Below, in pieces: positions 38,685 to 50,198 of a stretch of 64,000 bases of DNA (position 1 is its first letter; each line of letters opens with the position of its first letter). A program made the translations under genes and the position numbers. This stretch comes from Felis catus (Eukaryota), in NCBI RefSeq assembly GCF_018350175.1, contig NC_058368.1, positions 229,278,001-229,342,000 on the forward strand, read 5' to 3'. A model generated the notes under the pieces. The model worked only from the letters and a program-made list of their open reading frames with translations. It was not told the origin of the DNA and did no database searches.

Positions 38685-38830
38685 AGATCTATTTATTCTT
38701 ATTAAAGTTCTGTATTATTTTCATAAGGTCTTGAGTAATAAAGTGCTACTCTAAGTATTGTTGAATATAATCCCTGTCTGTATTTAGCCCATTTTTTTAT
38801 ATAAGGTACCAGAATATAAATAAATCTTTT

Positions 38831-39051
38831 TTTTAAATTTTTTAATATTTTTTATTTATTATTTTTGAAAAAGAGAGACAGAATGCAAGCGGTGGGGGGA
38901 GCAGAACGAGAAGGAGACACAGAGTCCAAAGCAGGCTCCAGGCTCTTAGCTTTCAGCACAGAGCCCAATGTGGGGCTCAAATCCACGAACAGTGAGATCA
39001 TGACCTGAGCCAAAGTTAGATGCTTAACCGACTGAGCCATCCAGGCGCCCC
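38831..39051 (-). mobile_element. Felid Can-SINE (SINEC_Fc2-like)
   Basis: Antisense body; TSD AAATAAA(T/C)CTTTT at 38818-38830 and 39052-39064. Confidence 0.93.
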
Positions 39052-39959
39052 AAATAAACCTTTTAAATTAAATGTTACAAAAATGATAACAACCCAAATA
39101 TAAAAGTACTAGCAATTTCAATTTAATTATTGATCACAATTTGTCATATGTGATACATTAAATTCTGTTTATGAAGGTTAGCTAATGGATAGGAAATGCT
39201 TAGTATATGATATTAAATATGAAAGGATCAAGATATCAAATAAGTTTCCAGTAATGTGCCAATTTTGTTAAAGAATACAATGCATACAATGATACAAAGA
39301 ATTCTCTTTCATAATGGAAGTATGATTGGATTACCTTTTACAATTTTAGTATGTATCAACATTACCAACTTTTCTAGAATCAGCTTGCAAGGTTTAATAG
39401 AGAGATTGTTTCCTTTTATAAGCACTGGAAAAAAAAATGCTGCCTCTTGGCTTTACCTCCTTTCCCTACTAATCACATGAGAACACATCTCTTTGTGCCT
39501 CTTCTCTGGTGTAGTGTAAGAAGGATGGTTCTAATCCAGAAACGTTTGACTAGGTTCATGTGCAAATAGTACCAGCTCTTGTTAGTCAGAAAGAAGACAG
39601 TTGCCAAGACATTCTTACCATCCAAAAAAAGTACCTACTTAAGGGTCACAGTTGAGGATTTTGCTATTAAAATTATTTATGATCCATGTATTACAAGCTG
39701 CATTGCCATTCACGAACAGTATTTGCTTTCATTTATCAGTATTGTTCCTACTTCACGTAGAATAGTCCTGCATCTTGGAGAACTTAAGTGGATATAGTTT
39801 CAAAATTATGTAAGTTTAAAGTGTTAGATGAAGAGTTCAAGTAATTGCTTATTTCAGGGGCATAGAATTGATTTCATAGCGATCATAAATGAATAGAAGT
39901 TTACATATCAGAGAAACTAAGGGGGTAAAAAAAGAACATATGATGGAGAGAATAAGACA

Positions 39960-40430
39960 CGAGACAGAGGGAAAACTGAAAATGGCTGTAAGATTTCTAG
40001 TCTAACAGATTTAAGGGATGTTAAAGAGGCTATGAGGTAGAAAAGATATAAAAATTTTGAATTGCAGGTAACCTTGTGATCTTCAAACAGTGATGATCTC
40101 TAGGCAGATAGATAGAATACTGAAGAACAAAGCTGTGTCCAAACTGAAGGAACAGATTACTAACCAAAAAGAGCCAGAGAGAATTCTGTGGTCATATGCA
40201 CCCAATGCTAGAGAGGCTTAAACAGCAGAGAAGTCTTGAGCATTGGAGAATCAACAGAAACAAGAGAAGAGTCAGCAAAAACATGTTTTCTTGGGTCCAG
40301 AACAGTCAGATAATAAATCAAAGGGTGGCAGGGCAGACACAGCTTCATTGGATATATGCTTTATTTTGAGACTTAATTCAATACTTTCCTTTGTCACTTT
40401 GTCAACAGGAAAGTATTCATTATTGGAACA
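39960..40430 (-). mobile_element. Degenerate L2 fragments
   Basis: Purine-rich with GATTTCTAG, GATCTCTAGGCAG, GAGAAGAGTCAGCAAA and CATTGGAT motifs typical of antisense L2. Confidence 0.4.
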
Positions 40431-40599
40431 CACCGTTTTGTGGGATAGATAAGGAGAGAAAATAAAAAGGGTACTTCCCTTTCCAATTTCTGGTTTGTTA
40501 TCCTATGTAAGGTGATTAAGAACACAAAATAGTCTGCTATATCATTGAGTTCTCTCCAATGTGAAGTCATTAGCTTTAATGGTCACATAATTAAATTCT

Positions 40600-40808
40600 G
40601 TTTTGTTTTTACATTTATATATTTTTGATAGAGAGAGACAGAGCACAAGCGGGGGAGGGGCAGAGAGAGAAGAAGACACAGAACCCGAAGCAGGCTCCAG
40701 GCTCTGAGCTATCAGCATAGAACTCAACGCAGGGCTCAAACTCACAAACCACAAGATCATGACCTGAGCCAAAGTGGGATGCTTAACCGACTGAGGCTCC
40801 CAGGTGCC
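40600..40808 (-). mobile_element. Felid Can-SINE (SINEC_Fc2-like)
   Basis: Antisense body; TSD TTAAATTCT at 40591-40599 and 40809-40817. Confidence 0.94.
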
Positions 40809-40887
40809 TTAAATTCTTTTTTTTTAAATCACCTGTTGATCTTTTTTTAAATCTTACAGATATTTTTGATATAACACATATTTTATA

Positions 40888-41102
40888 GGGGTGCCTGGAT
40901 GGTTCAGTAGGTTATGCATTCAACCTCGGCTCAGGTCATGATCTCACAGCTCGTGAGTTCGAGCCCCGTGTCGGACTCTGTGTTGACAGCTCAGAGCCTG
41001 CAGCCTGAAGGCTGCTTCTGTGTCTCCCTCTTTCTCTGTCCCTCCCCCTGCTCGTGCTCTATCTCTCTCTGTCTCTCAAAAATAAATAAAATGTTAAAAA
41101 AA
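40888..41102 (+). mobile_element. Felid Can-SINE (SINEC_Fc2-like)
   Basis: GGGGTGCCTGGATGGTTCAG head, GTGAGTTCGAGCCCCG B box, CT-rich segment and A tail. Confidence 0.94.
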
Positions 41103-41399
41103 TGCATGTATATTCTATCCTGCTCACTGGTCATTTAATGTTCTATTACTCTAATGAGTTAATATTATTTTATTTCAAATCCGAGTGGCTTTGGTTAGCC
41201 TGACCCTAAACTGATGTTGAAGTTAACAGCAAATAACATTTTTTCCCTATAATCTGGGGAAACATAAAGTATGGTCCATCTAGGGGCTAACATGACATGG
41301 GTTCTCTGATCCATAGTCTCCTCATTACTTGATAGCCCCACTTTGCAATAGGGTGTTTAACAATGATCCCAAGGGGATTCTATAGCATTTTTTAACTAT

Positions 41400-41715
41400 G
41401 TTATTAGGAAAATTTCTGAAAATATTACCGAAAAATTATTTTTTAATAATAAACACATATATTTATTAGGCAGATTGTAGAAATAACATTCTACTGTACT
41501 TGTTATTCTATTCAATCGGTTCATACTAGTTTTCAATGACTTATGACTAAATAGCAGAAATAAATTTACTTCCCCTTAAATACTCTAACATGCCTATCAT
41601 TAACGAGAGTTCAGTATTTATCATGAATTTTTTGTCTTTAATGTAAAATTTACATAAAATGAAATGCATGCATTTTGAGTGTACATTAATTGTGTTTTGA
41701 CAAATGCATAAAATG
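41400..41715 (-). mobile_element. Old L1M 3'UTR fragment
   Basis: CCCCTTAAATACT..CATGCCTATCATTAAC and GTAAAATTTACATAAAATGAAATGCA..GTTTTGACAAATGCATA. Confidence 0.6.
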
Positions 41716-41923
41716 CACAGAAACTTTTCAATCTGAAATGAAACAGAATGGAGAAAAACAGAACGGAGAAAAAATTAAAAAGAACAGAATTGTCAAGAAT
41801 TGCAGGACAATTTGAAAAAGTATAATATATGCATAACTGAAACAGGAGAACTAGGGGGGAAGAAAAAGATAATAGAGTAGAAGAAATAGTTGAACTAATA
41901 ATGGTTAAGGAATTTCCAAAATT

Positions 41924-42146
41924 GGGGCACCTAGATGGCTCAGTAGTTCGAGCGTCGGACTTCGGCTCAGGTCATGATCTCGTGGTTGGTGGGTTTGAGC
42001 CCCGCATCGGGCTCTGTGCTGACAGCTCGGAGCCTGGAACCTGCTTCAGATTCTGTGTCTCCTCCTCTCTCTGCCCCTCCCCCGCTCATGCTCTGTCTCT
42101 CTCTGTCTCTCAATAATAAATAAACGTTTAAAAAAAGTTTTAAAAA
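41924..42146 (+). mobile_element. Felid Can-SINE, left monomer of di-SINE
   Basis: Complete head, body and tail; see finding. Confidence 0.95.
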
Positions 42147-42159
42147 GTCAGGTAATATT

Positions 42160-42353
42160 GGGGCACCTGGGTGGCTCAGTCGGTTAAGCGTCCCAATTTG
42201 GTTCAGGTCACGATCTCACAGTTTCTGGGTTTGAGCCCCGCGTGGGGCTCTGTGCTGCCAGCTTCGGGTTCTGTGTCCCCTTCTCTCTGCCCCTCCCCCA
42301 CTCACACTCTGTCTCTCTCTCCTTCAAAAATAAATAAACATTAAAAAAAATTA
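42160..42353 (+). mobile_element. Felid Can-SINE, right monomer of di-SINE (about 18-bp internal deletion)
   Basis: GGGGCACCTGGGTGGCTCAGTCGG head; GCTGCCAGCTTCGG lacks the CAGAGCCTGGAGCCTG segment. Confidence 0.95.
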
Positions 42354-42600
42354 AAGAAATTTCCAAAATTAATGACAGACACCAAAGTATGGATTCAGGA
42401 AGTTCAATGTCAAGCAGTGCAGGGTGGAGCAGAGGATGGGGGAGGGGGACTATGTGTAAGCACATCATGTTCAAACTGTAGAACATGAGACAAAGAGTCT
42501 TGAGATAATGTAAAGGAAGGAGACAGGAAGACCTCCTACTTATAAAGGAATAAGCATAAGAAATATAGCGAATCTCTTGTCAGAAACCACGAACAGAAGA

Positions 42601-42648
42601 CTTTTGCTAAAAGTAGATTTCAGGTGCTTTCACCACACACACATACAC

Positions 42649-42692
<44 letters not shown>

Positions 42693-42850
42693 GGGGAACT
42701 TTCTGAGGAGATGAATATGGTAATTAGCTTGACCTTAGTCACCCACTTCACGACCTATATGTATATCAATGCATATGTATATATGTATATGTATTATGCT
42801 GTTTATCTTAACATATACACCGTATACAGTTATTAAAAGTAAAGAAAGAA
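42601..42850 (+). mobile_element. Short L1MA/L1MB 3' end with (AC)n expansion at 42634-42690
   Basis: TTTGCTAAAAGTAGATTTCAGGTGCTTTCACCAC..GAGGAGATGAATATGGTAATTAGCTTGA..CACTTCAC..TATATGTATATCAA. Confidence 0.8.
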
Positions 42851-42858
42851 GTTTTTAA

Positions 42859-43055
42859 TAATTTTTAATGTTTATTTATTTTTGAGAAACAGAGAGCTAG
42901 AGCATGAGCGGGACGAGCAGAGAAAGGAGACACAGAATCTGAAGCAGGTTCCAGGCTCTGAGCTCGAACTCACGTGGTGGCTCGAACTCACAGACTGCAG
43001 GATCACGAACTGAGCCGAAGTTGGACGCTTAATCAGCTGAGCCACCCAGGTGCCC
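42859..43055 (-). mobile_element. Felid Can-SINE with rearranged B-box region
   Basis: Antisense body; GCTCGAACTCAC present twice. Confidence 0.92.
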
Positions 43056-43650
43056 GAAATAATAAGTTTTTAAAAAGAAAGTATAGTGAAATATTGCACA
43101 TGCTAAGGAAAAAAAAAAAGGCCCCACTAACCTTTAACTTATGTCCATGAAGCTATGTTTTAAAAATTAAGAAGAAATAAATACTTCCTAGATGAAAAAA
43201 AAAATTGAAGGACCCCCCCAACTCCAGCAGATCTGGCCTGCAAGAAATGTTAAAAGAACATTTTAAGAAAGAGAAGAAACTTTAGAAAGTCACCAGGGTG
43301 GCTTTAAGTTTCCATCACCTTTGCTAAATTCAAATAGGTATCTTTCTGAGGGTAGGCTTCTGACCTCCCTTTCTTACAGCATTTATTTTAGAAAAGTTGC
43401 TGTTGTAAATTCTCTGTCTCTTTCAGATGTAAATTTTCTACAAAAGAGGAATGTCCTTCTTGAAGACCTGGGAGCAAGTCTGTTTTGAAATGTAATCAGA
43501 AAGAAAGACAGCCACTGTATCACAGACTCTGTGGGAGACAAGGAACCTAATTTTGAGAAGCACCAAGTAACAAACACAGATGGCCTAATTACACTGACCA
43601 ACCTCCCTTTCAATGTCCATTATCTCAGGCCTGCAGCTAAAAATCCGCCC

Positions 43651-44034
43651 TTTTGCAAGAACGTGGATGGAACTGGAGGGTACTATGCTAAGTGAAGTAA
43701 GTCAGGCAGAGAAAGATGAATATCATATGTTTCACTCACATGTTGAATTTGAAAAACTTAACAGAGGACCAAGGGGGAAGGGAAAGGGGAAATATAGTTT
43801 CAAATAGAGAGGGAGGCAAACCATAAGAGACTCTTAAATACAGAGAACGAACCAAGGGTTGATGGTGGGGTTGGGTAGGGGGAGGGTGATGGACATTGAG
43901 GAGGGCACTTGTTGGGACGAGCACTGGGTATTGTATGTAAGTGATGAAACATTGGAATCTACCCTCGAAGCCAGGTATACTGTATATTAGCTAACTTGAT
44001 AATAAATTATATTTTAAAAAATAATAATAATAAA
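43651..44034 (+). mobile_element. Felid L1 3' fragment (L1_Fc-like), 5'-truncated
   Basis: ACGTGGATGGAACTGGAGGG..GAGAGGGAGGCAAACCATAAGAGACTCTTAAA..GAGCACTGGGT, A-rich tail; TSD TAAAAATC(C/T)GCCC at 43638-43650 and 44035-44047. Confidence 0.9.
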
Positions 44035-44051
44035 TAAAAATCTGCCCCTTT

Positions 44052-44735
44052 ATGCAAACTGGTGCAGCCACTCTGGAAAACAGTATGAAGGTCCCTCAAA
44101 AAGTTAAAAATAGAACTGCTCTACAACACAGCAATTGCACTACTAAGTATTTAAACTAAGGATACAAAAATATAGATTTGAGGGGCACATGCTTCCCAGT
44201 GTTTATAGCAGCACTATCAACAATAGCCAAATTATCGAAATAGCCTAAATGTCGATCGATTGATGAATGGATAAAGAAGATGGATTATATATACACACAA
44301 TGGAATACTACTTGGCAATGAAAAAGAATGAAATCTTGTCATTTGCAATGGCATGGGTGGAACTAGAGTGTATTATGCTAAGCAAATAAGTCAGAGAAAG
44401 ACAAATAACATGATTTCATCATATGTGGAATTTAAGAAACAAAACAGATGAACATAGGGGAAAGGAAGGACAAATAAAATAAGATAAAAACAGAGAGGGA
44501 GACAAACCTAAGAAACTGTTAGCTATAGAGAACAAATGAGGGTTGCTGGAGGGGAGGTGGGTGGGGGATGGGCTAAATGGGTAATGGGATTAAGGAGGGC
44601 ACTTTTTGGGATAAGCACTGAGTGTTATACATAAGTGATGAATCACTGAATTCTACTTCTAAAACCAAAACTTCACTATTTGTTAACTAACTTAAATTTA
44701 AATAAAATCTTGCAAGAAAAATAAAGTAAGAAACA
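44052..44735 (+). mobile_element. Carnivore/felid L1 3' fragment (L1_Carn-like), 5'-truncated
   Basis: ATGCAAACTGGTGCAGCCACTCTGGAAAACAGTATG..GATGAATGGATAAAGAAGATG..GATGAATCACTGAATTCTAC, A-rich tail. Confidence 0.9.
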
Positions 44736-45251
44736 AAAATAATATTCTCCGTTTTTAACTTCATAGAGTTCAATCTCTCTCTTCTATTGCCATAGTCTTG
44801 AATAAAGGTATTCCCTAATTTTAACACGTGTCCAGTTGCGATATTTCTTTTACAAAAACTGAAAACTATAGAAAGTGTTGTAGAACAAATAAATGAAAGT
44901 GAAATGAAACCTTTACTTTTCTTCAAAATAAGTTTATTTGAAGTGACACATTTAGATGAATATTGCATATGAATAAGTAAAATGAATGACAAGAGTACTA
45001 TATGAGGCAAGAGAAAGAAAATGTGGGTACTCTGTCCTAAGGTACCTGCATTACACGTAAGGCAACATAGCGTTCTTTAACGATGGATTTCTTTACTTAA
45101 AAATGTATACTGGATATTCTAGGACAAGTGCTAAAAATGTTGAAACAAGAAGTATGATTAACATGCTTAGAGAGGAAGTAAAATGGAATTATATAAAATG
45201 CTCAGGTGAAACCGGAGGCAAAAAAAAAAGGGCAGAAAAAGATGAAGAATA

Positions 45252-45470
45252 GGGATGCCTGGGTGGCTCAGTCAGTTAAGCGTCCCACTTCGGCTGAGGT
45301 CATGATCTCACAGTTCGTGAGTTTGAGCCCTGTATCAGGCTTTGTGCTGACAGCAACCAGCCTGGAGCCTGTTTTCAGATTCTGTGTCTCCCTCTCTCTC
45401 TGCCCCTACCCCTCTTGCACTCTGTCTCCCTCTCAAAAATAATAAATAAACGTTAAAAATTATTTTAAAA
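45252..45470 (+). mobile_element. Felid Can-SINE (SINEC_Fc2-like)
   Basis: GGGATGCCTGGGTGGCTCAGTCAGTTAAGCG head through AAATAAACGTTAAAAA tail. Confidence 0.94.
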
Positions 45471-45646
45471 GACAAATAAATGGAAACAAAAAGAAAATGG
45501 AAAGAATAGAACATGCTTACAAACATGGCATATAATAACTCAATTGTACCAGTAATCATTTTAAATGAAAATATTCTAAATGCACCAATTAAAGGGCAGC
45601 CATTGTCAGAGTGGATTAAAAAATGTCTATAAGAAACCCACTTTAA

Positions 45647-45870
45647 ATTTTTTTTAATTTTTTTTCAACGTTTTTATTTATTTTTGGGACAGAGAGAGAC
45701 AGAGCATGAACGGGGGAGGGTCAGAAGGAGAGGGAGACACAGAATCGGAAACAGGCTCCAGGCTCTGAGCCATCAGCCCAGAGCCCAATGCAGGGCTCGA
45801 ACTCACGGACCGCGAGATCATGACCTGGCTGAAGTCAGACGCTTAACCGACTGTGCCACCCAGGCGCCCC
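45647..45870 (-). mobile_element. Young felid SINE (SINEC_Fc-like)
   Basis: GAGCCATCAGCCCAGAGCCC diagnostic segment; perfect 15-bp TSD AGAAACCCACTTTAA (45632-45646, 45871-45885). Confidence 0.96.
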
Positions 45871-45969
45871 AGAAACCCACTTTAAGTATAAAGACTTACA
45901 TTAAAATTAAAGGGTTAGAGAAAGATATATCATGCAAGTACTAATCAATGAAAAGCACATTAACCTTAA

Positions 45970-46596
45970 AACTTACTTTTTACCCATTGGTTCTTAAGCT
46001 GTGTGCTAATTTCCAAATAGTTGGGGTCATACAAGAATTCATATTTTTATTGATTTCTAATTAAATTCTACTTTGATAAGAGTACATATCCTGTAATTTT
46101 TCAATCTTCTTAAATTATTCTATCATATTTTGTTATACCGGTGAATATACCACACATGTCTGGGGGGAAAGGTATATTCTGTGTATCAGACTGTGTGATT
46201 CCGTCAATTTTTCTCTTGTGTTTAAAATTGTTTTACTTATTCAAGCTATTTTTCCTTTCCATGTAGACTTAGAATTAACCATATGCACAAAAATTCCACT
46301 GGGATTTTGACAGGACATGAATTAAACCTAGCATTACACAGTATTCCATATACTTGGTCTGCTTTGATTTTCTTTGTCAGTGTTTGCAGCTTTCCATATA
46401 TGAGATCTTGCACATGTTTTGTTAGATTTATTAAAAAGACTATAAATCATATAAAGTTGATTTTAGTTTAAAGACAACATATAAATATAGGAGTTACTAT
46501 CATATGTTGACCTTCCAACCCACAACCTTGCACAAATCACTTATTAGTTCTAGTAGATTCTGTAGACTCCTTGGGGTTTTTGATGTAAAACATCCT

Positions 46597-46650
<54 letters not shown>

Positions 46651-47065
46651 GATAGATAGACAGACGATAGTTTTCTGTCTTCCTTTCCACTCTGTGTGCA
46701 TTTTATTTCCTTATCTTGTCTTATTTCATTGGCCAACACTACGTGGAACAGGAGTGGTGAGAATGTGAATCACTATTTGTTCCCAATCTTAGAAGGGTGG
46801 CCTTCTCCATTTCATCCATCATTAAGTATAATATTAGCTATAGGGTCTTTCATAGCTGCTCTTAAGTTGAAGAAGTTCGACAATACCACTTTGTTCAGAT
46901 TTTTCATCAAGGTGAGTGTTGGATTTTGTCAAATATATTTTCTGCATAAATTACTATAATCATGTGGTTTTTCTTCCTGTGACTGCTAATATGGTATATT
47001 ACATGAATTGATCTCTAAACCTCCAACTAACTTTCCATTCTAGAATACATCTCACTTAGTATCTT
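45970..47065 (-). mobile_element. Old L1M ORF2 fragments
   Basis: ATTGATTTCTAATT, CTGGGATTTTGA, TCACTTATTAGTTCTAGTAG, AGGAGTGGTGAGA, GGATTTTGTCAAAT..TTCTGCAT. Confidence 0.75.
46598..46665. repeat. (GT)n followed by short (AGAT)n
   Basis: Directly visible. Confidence 0.95.
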
Positions 47066-47384
47066 CATCTTCAAATCTCTTTCAGATATAATATTTTGTC
47101 TTTAATAATCCTCTAAAATGAAAAAAAAATCATTTCCTTAATTAATACAGGTTTTTCGTTAATTTCTTAAAATGTGAATCAAGATGCTAATTCTGCCTAA
47201 AATGTAGTTTAGACTCTTATTCCCTTATCAATATTTCACGGGCAATTATTTCTTGTAATTTTATCTCCTAGGGTTCCATTAGCTGTAACTTGTGTTGCTT
47301 AAAAGCATTTAATAAACACATCTGACACTGGTGTAAAACATTCTTTCACTTTCTTTACCATATAACGTATAACATAGATCTCAT

Positions 47385-47563
47385 TTTTTTAAGTTTTTAT
47401 TTTATTTATTTTGAGAGAGAGAGAGAGACAGTAGGAGCAGCGGAGGGGTAGAGAGAGAGGGAGAGGGAGAGAGAATCCCAATCAAACTCACAAACCACGA
47501 GATCATGATCTGAGCTGAAACCAAGAGTCAGACACTTAACCAACTAAGCCACTCAGGTGCCCC
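47385..47563 (-). mobile_element. Felid Can-SINE, older (SINEC_Fc3-like), internally deleted
   Basis: GAGCTGAAACCAAGAGTCAGAC signature; GAATCCCAA joined directly to TCAAACTCAC. Confidence 0.9.
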
Positions 47564-47655
47564 AACACCAACCTCTTTAATCAGGCATGCTATGCTTTTG
47601 TTTTCTTCTCAATATACTCAGTCACTGTGGTTCATTTAGAAAAAAAGAACTGCTT

Positions 47656-47864
47656 GGGGGCACCTGTGTGGCTCAGTTGGTTAAGTGTCCAACTCTTGGT
47701 TTCAGCTCAGGTTATGATCTCACAGTTTGTGGGTTCAAGCCCCTGGTCAGGTTCTTTGCTGACAGTGCAGAGCCAACTTGGAACTCTCTCTCTCTCCCTC
47801 TCTCTCTGCCCCTGTCTGCTCATCGCACTGTCTCTCTCAAAATAAATAAATTTAAAAAAAGAAT
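47656..47864 (+). mobile_element. Felid Can-SINE, older (SINEC_Fc3-like)
   Basis: CAACTCTTGGTTTCAGCTCAGG signature; TSD core AAAAGAACTG at 47643 and 47865. Confidence 0.93.
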
Positions 47865-49188
47865 AAAAGAACTGTCTGATGCTCCAAACTACATGTTGCC
47901 ATCAGAACTAATATACATAAATAATATAGCTTGACATATACACAGCTTGCAATAATTGACTTAATCCATACACAACAATTTATTAGGGCATAAATAAATT
48001 TCAAAATAAGCACATATGAATGCAGTTAATTGGATAATAGGAAGCTCAACAAATTAATTTTTGTGAAATTTTAAACAACACAAATGCAATATTACTGTTA
48101 ATTAACTGTACAATAACCTCAACACAGGAAAAATGCATTTAAGCTATTATTTACACATTAAGGATTTCTTCTAAGTTCTCATAGGAGAAAATGATCAATT
48201 TTACAGAATTAATTTGAAATTATTTGTTTATTGTTGAATTTGATCCCTTTTGCAATATGCAGTTTATGTTTTGTTCGTTACTTACATTGTTCAAATACTA
48301 ATTTAAAATACTAATTTAAACGATAATTATTTTGTTATTAGTAGTAGTAGTATTATAAATAATACTGCCTTTTTTTCCTCTACTTTTTGGCAAGATCAAT
48401 GCTTTAAATAATCAAGATTACTCTTTTTGCCAAATTATGTAGTAAGGGATTGGTAAATCTTTGTTGAGTATTTAGTGCTAAGAAAATCGACTGGAACAGA
48501 CACACAGTGGTCAGATTTAGTTAATGTGGTAGAAACAAAAGCTTTCCATTTAGGAAAACTGTGATACAGTCCAATGGCTGCCAATTGAGGGAAGGAGCTG
48601 AAACAAGAAGAAAAGCATCCTAAGGAAATTATTAGAATCAGTCAGAGAATTTTTAACACATGTCTTCTGACCTAGGCAGGATTATGTTCTATGCTCTATA
48701 ATAGCAGTTAAAAGAATCATAATAAATATAACACAAATGTAAAACAAAAACACATCTAGCCATTTGATCCCAGTAATGAGCCATTGTTATTGATTGTACT
48801 AATTGTCCGGTTTAAAAAAAATGGCTAGACATGGACAAAGTCCTGATTAAAAGCTTTCAATAACTGATTCTTAGTTATCTTCTTTCTCAGAGTTTCCTTC
48901 TCTGTGAAATAAGGACTAGAATAAATAGCCATGAGACAGCTCTTCCAAGATTAATAATATTTTACTGCGATACTTTTTTGATTTCCTTATTGAACACATA
49001 TAGCTTAAAAGTTCAAAAGGAATGTTGAAAATCTTATTTTAAACTATTAATAAAGTGATCATTAAGTCTGACCAGGGTACAATATTTATACTTATTATTA
49101 TTTCAGTAACACTGCTGGTGCCCAGAAAGATGTATGTCTGGCATTGGATGAACTGCTGGTAAATAGCAAAAAGAATTCTACTGGTGAT

Positions 49189-49470
49189 TGTGATGGTTAA
49201 TTTTATGTGCTTTTTCTAGGCTGTGGTACCCAGATATTGGTCAAACACCACTCTAGATATCTCTATGAATGCATGTTTTAGATTAAATTAACACTTATAG
49301 CAGTTGATTTGGAGTAAAGCAGATTACCTCCCATGAAGGGGGTGGGCCTCATCTACTCAGCTGAAGACCTTTAGAGAAAAAGACTGAGGTCCCCAGGAGA
49401 GGAAGGAATTATACCTTGAGACTGTCCTTGGACTCAAGCTGACACATCAACTCTTTCCTGGGTCTCCAGA
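49189..49470 (+). mobile_element. MLT2 (ERVL) LTR, 3'-truncated
   Basis: TGTGATGGTTAATTTTATGTG..GAGTAAAGCAGATTACCTCCCAT..GGGTGGGCCTCATC..CCTGGGTCTCCAG. Confidence 0.88.
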
Positions 49471-49717
49471 GGGTGATAATATCCTCTGGTTTGCTGTAGC
49501 ATGCAGTTAGAACAATTCTCGCCCATGGTGACATGGGGTAGAGTATAGGTACAAAAGGGCATGCTGGTTTTTGCAGTATCTCCATAAAGACAATGTAATT
49601 ATAAGACTGTCTTATGGCTTTGTTGCTGTTATGTGTCTGTAAAGTGCTAATGGAAGAAAGTAATTGTGTTGGTCAAACAACTATAAAGTAGGGCCATTAT
49701 ATAAAATCCAGAAAACC

Positions 49718-50063
49718 TGTATGTTACTTTCCCAAGGATGAGTTCCAAAGGGTCACAAACTGGAGGGCTTAAAACAATAGAAATTAATTACTTCACTGTT
49801 TTAGGTGCCTTACATCCAAAATCAAGATGTCATTAGGGCCACACTCTGAAAACTTTAGAGCAAAGAGCTTGTCTTGCCTCTTCCTAGTTTCTCTTGTTTT
49901 CTCTCCATATAAGGATACAAGTCATTGGATTAGAACTCACTTTAATCCAGAATGACCTCATTGTAACTAATTACATCTAAAAAGACCCTTTTCCCAAGTT
50001 AGGTCACATTCTGAGGATCCAGGTTCATATGCATTTTGAGGAGTAACTATTCAACCCAGCACA
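49718..50063 (-). mobile_element. MaLR solo LTR (MLT1B-like) nested in ERVL
   Basis: CACAAACTGGAGGGCTTAAAACAA, TCCAAAATCAAGATGTC, GTCATTGGATTAG, AGGTCACATTCTGAGG, ATTCAACCCAGCACA. Confidence 0.85.
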
Positions 50064-50198
50064 GTTCCTATGGACACTAGTAAAGAAGACCCATCTCATA
50101 TCTAGAAGGGTGACTGTGGTAGAAATAAATTCCAAGACTGCATTTGGAGAGAAGAAAATTAAAAAGAAGGCTAAATTCACAGCCCGGGCCAGTTTCCT

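Larger units (their letters stand above)
43290..44853 (+). mobile_element. ERV1 solo LTR (MER67-like), split by two L1 insertions (pieces 43290-43650 and 44736-44853)
   Basis: AGCATTTATTTTAGAAAA, AGGAATGTC..GACCTGGGAGC..TTTGAAATGTAATCA, AAACACAGATGGCCTAAT; resumes GAGTTCAATCTCTCTC..ATAGTCTTGAATAAAG and ends TTTTACA. Confidence 0.72.
41720..45958 (+). mobile_element. Old L1M (MC/MD-class) ORF1, inter-ORF and ORF2 start, broken by nested inserts
   Basis: Colinear pieces 41720-41923, 42371-42600, 43074-43280, 44854-45251, 45471-45646 and 45886-45958 (GAATTTCCAAAATTAATGACAGACACCAAA, TCAGAAACCA, CTGCAAGAAATGTTAAAAGAA, TTGTCAGAGTGGATTAAAAAA). Confidence 0.78.
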
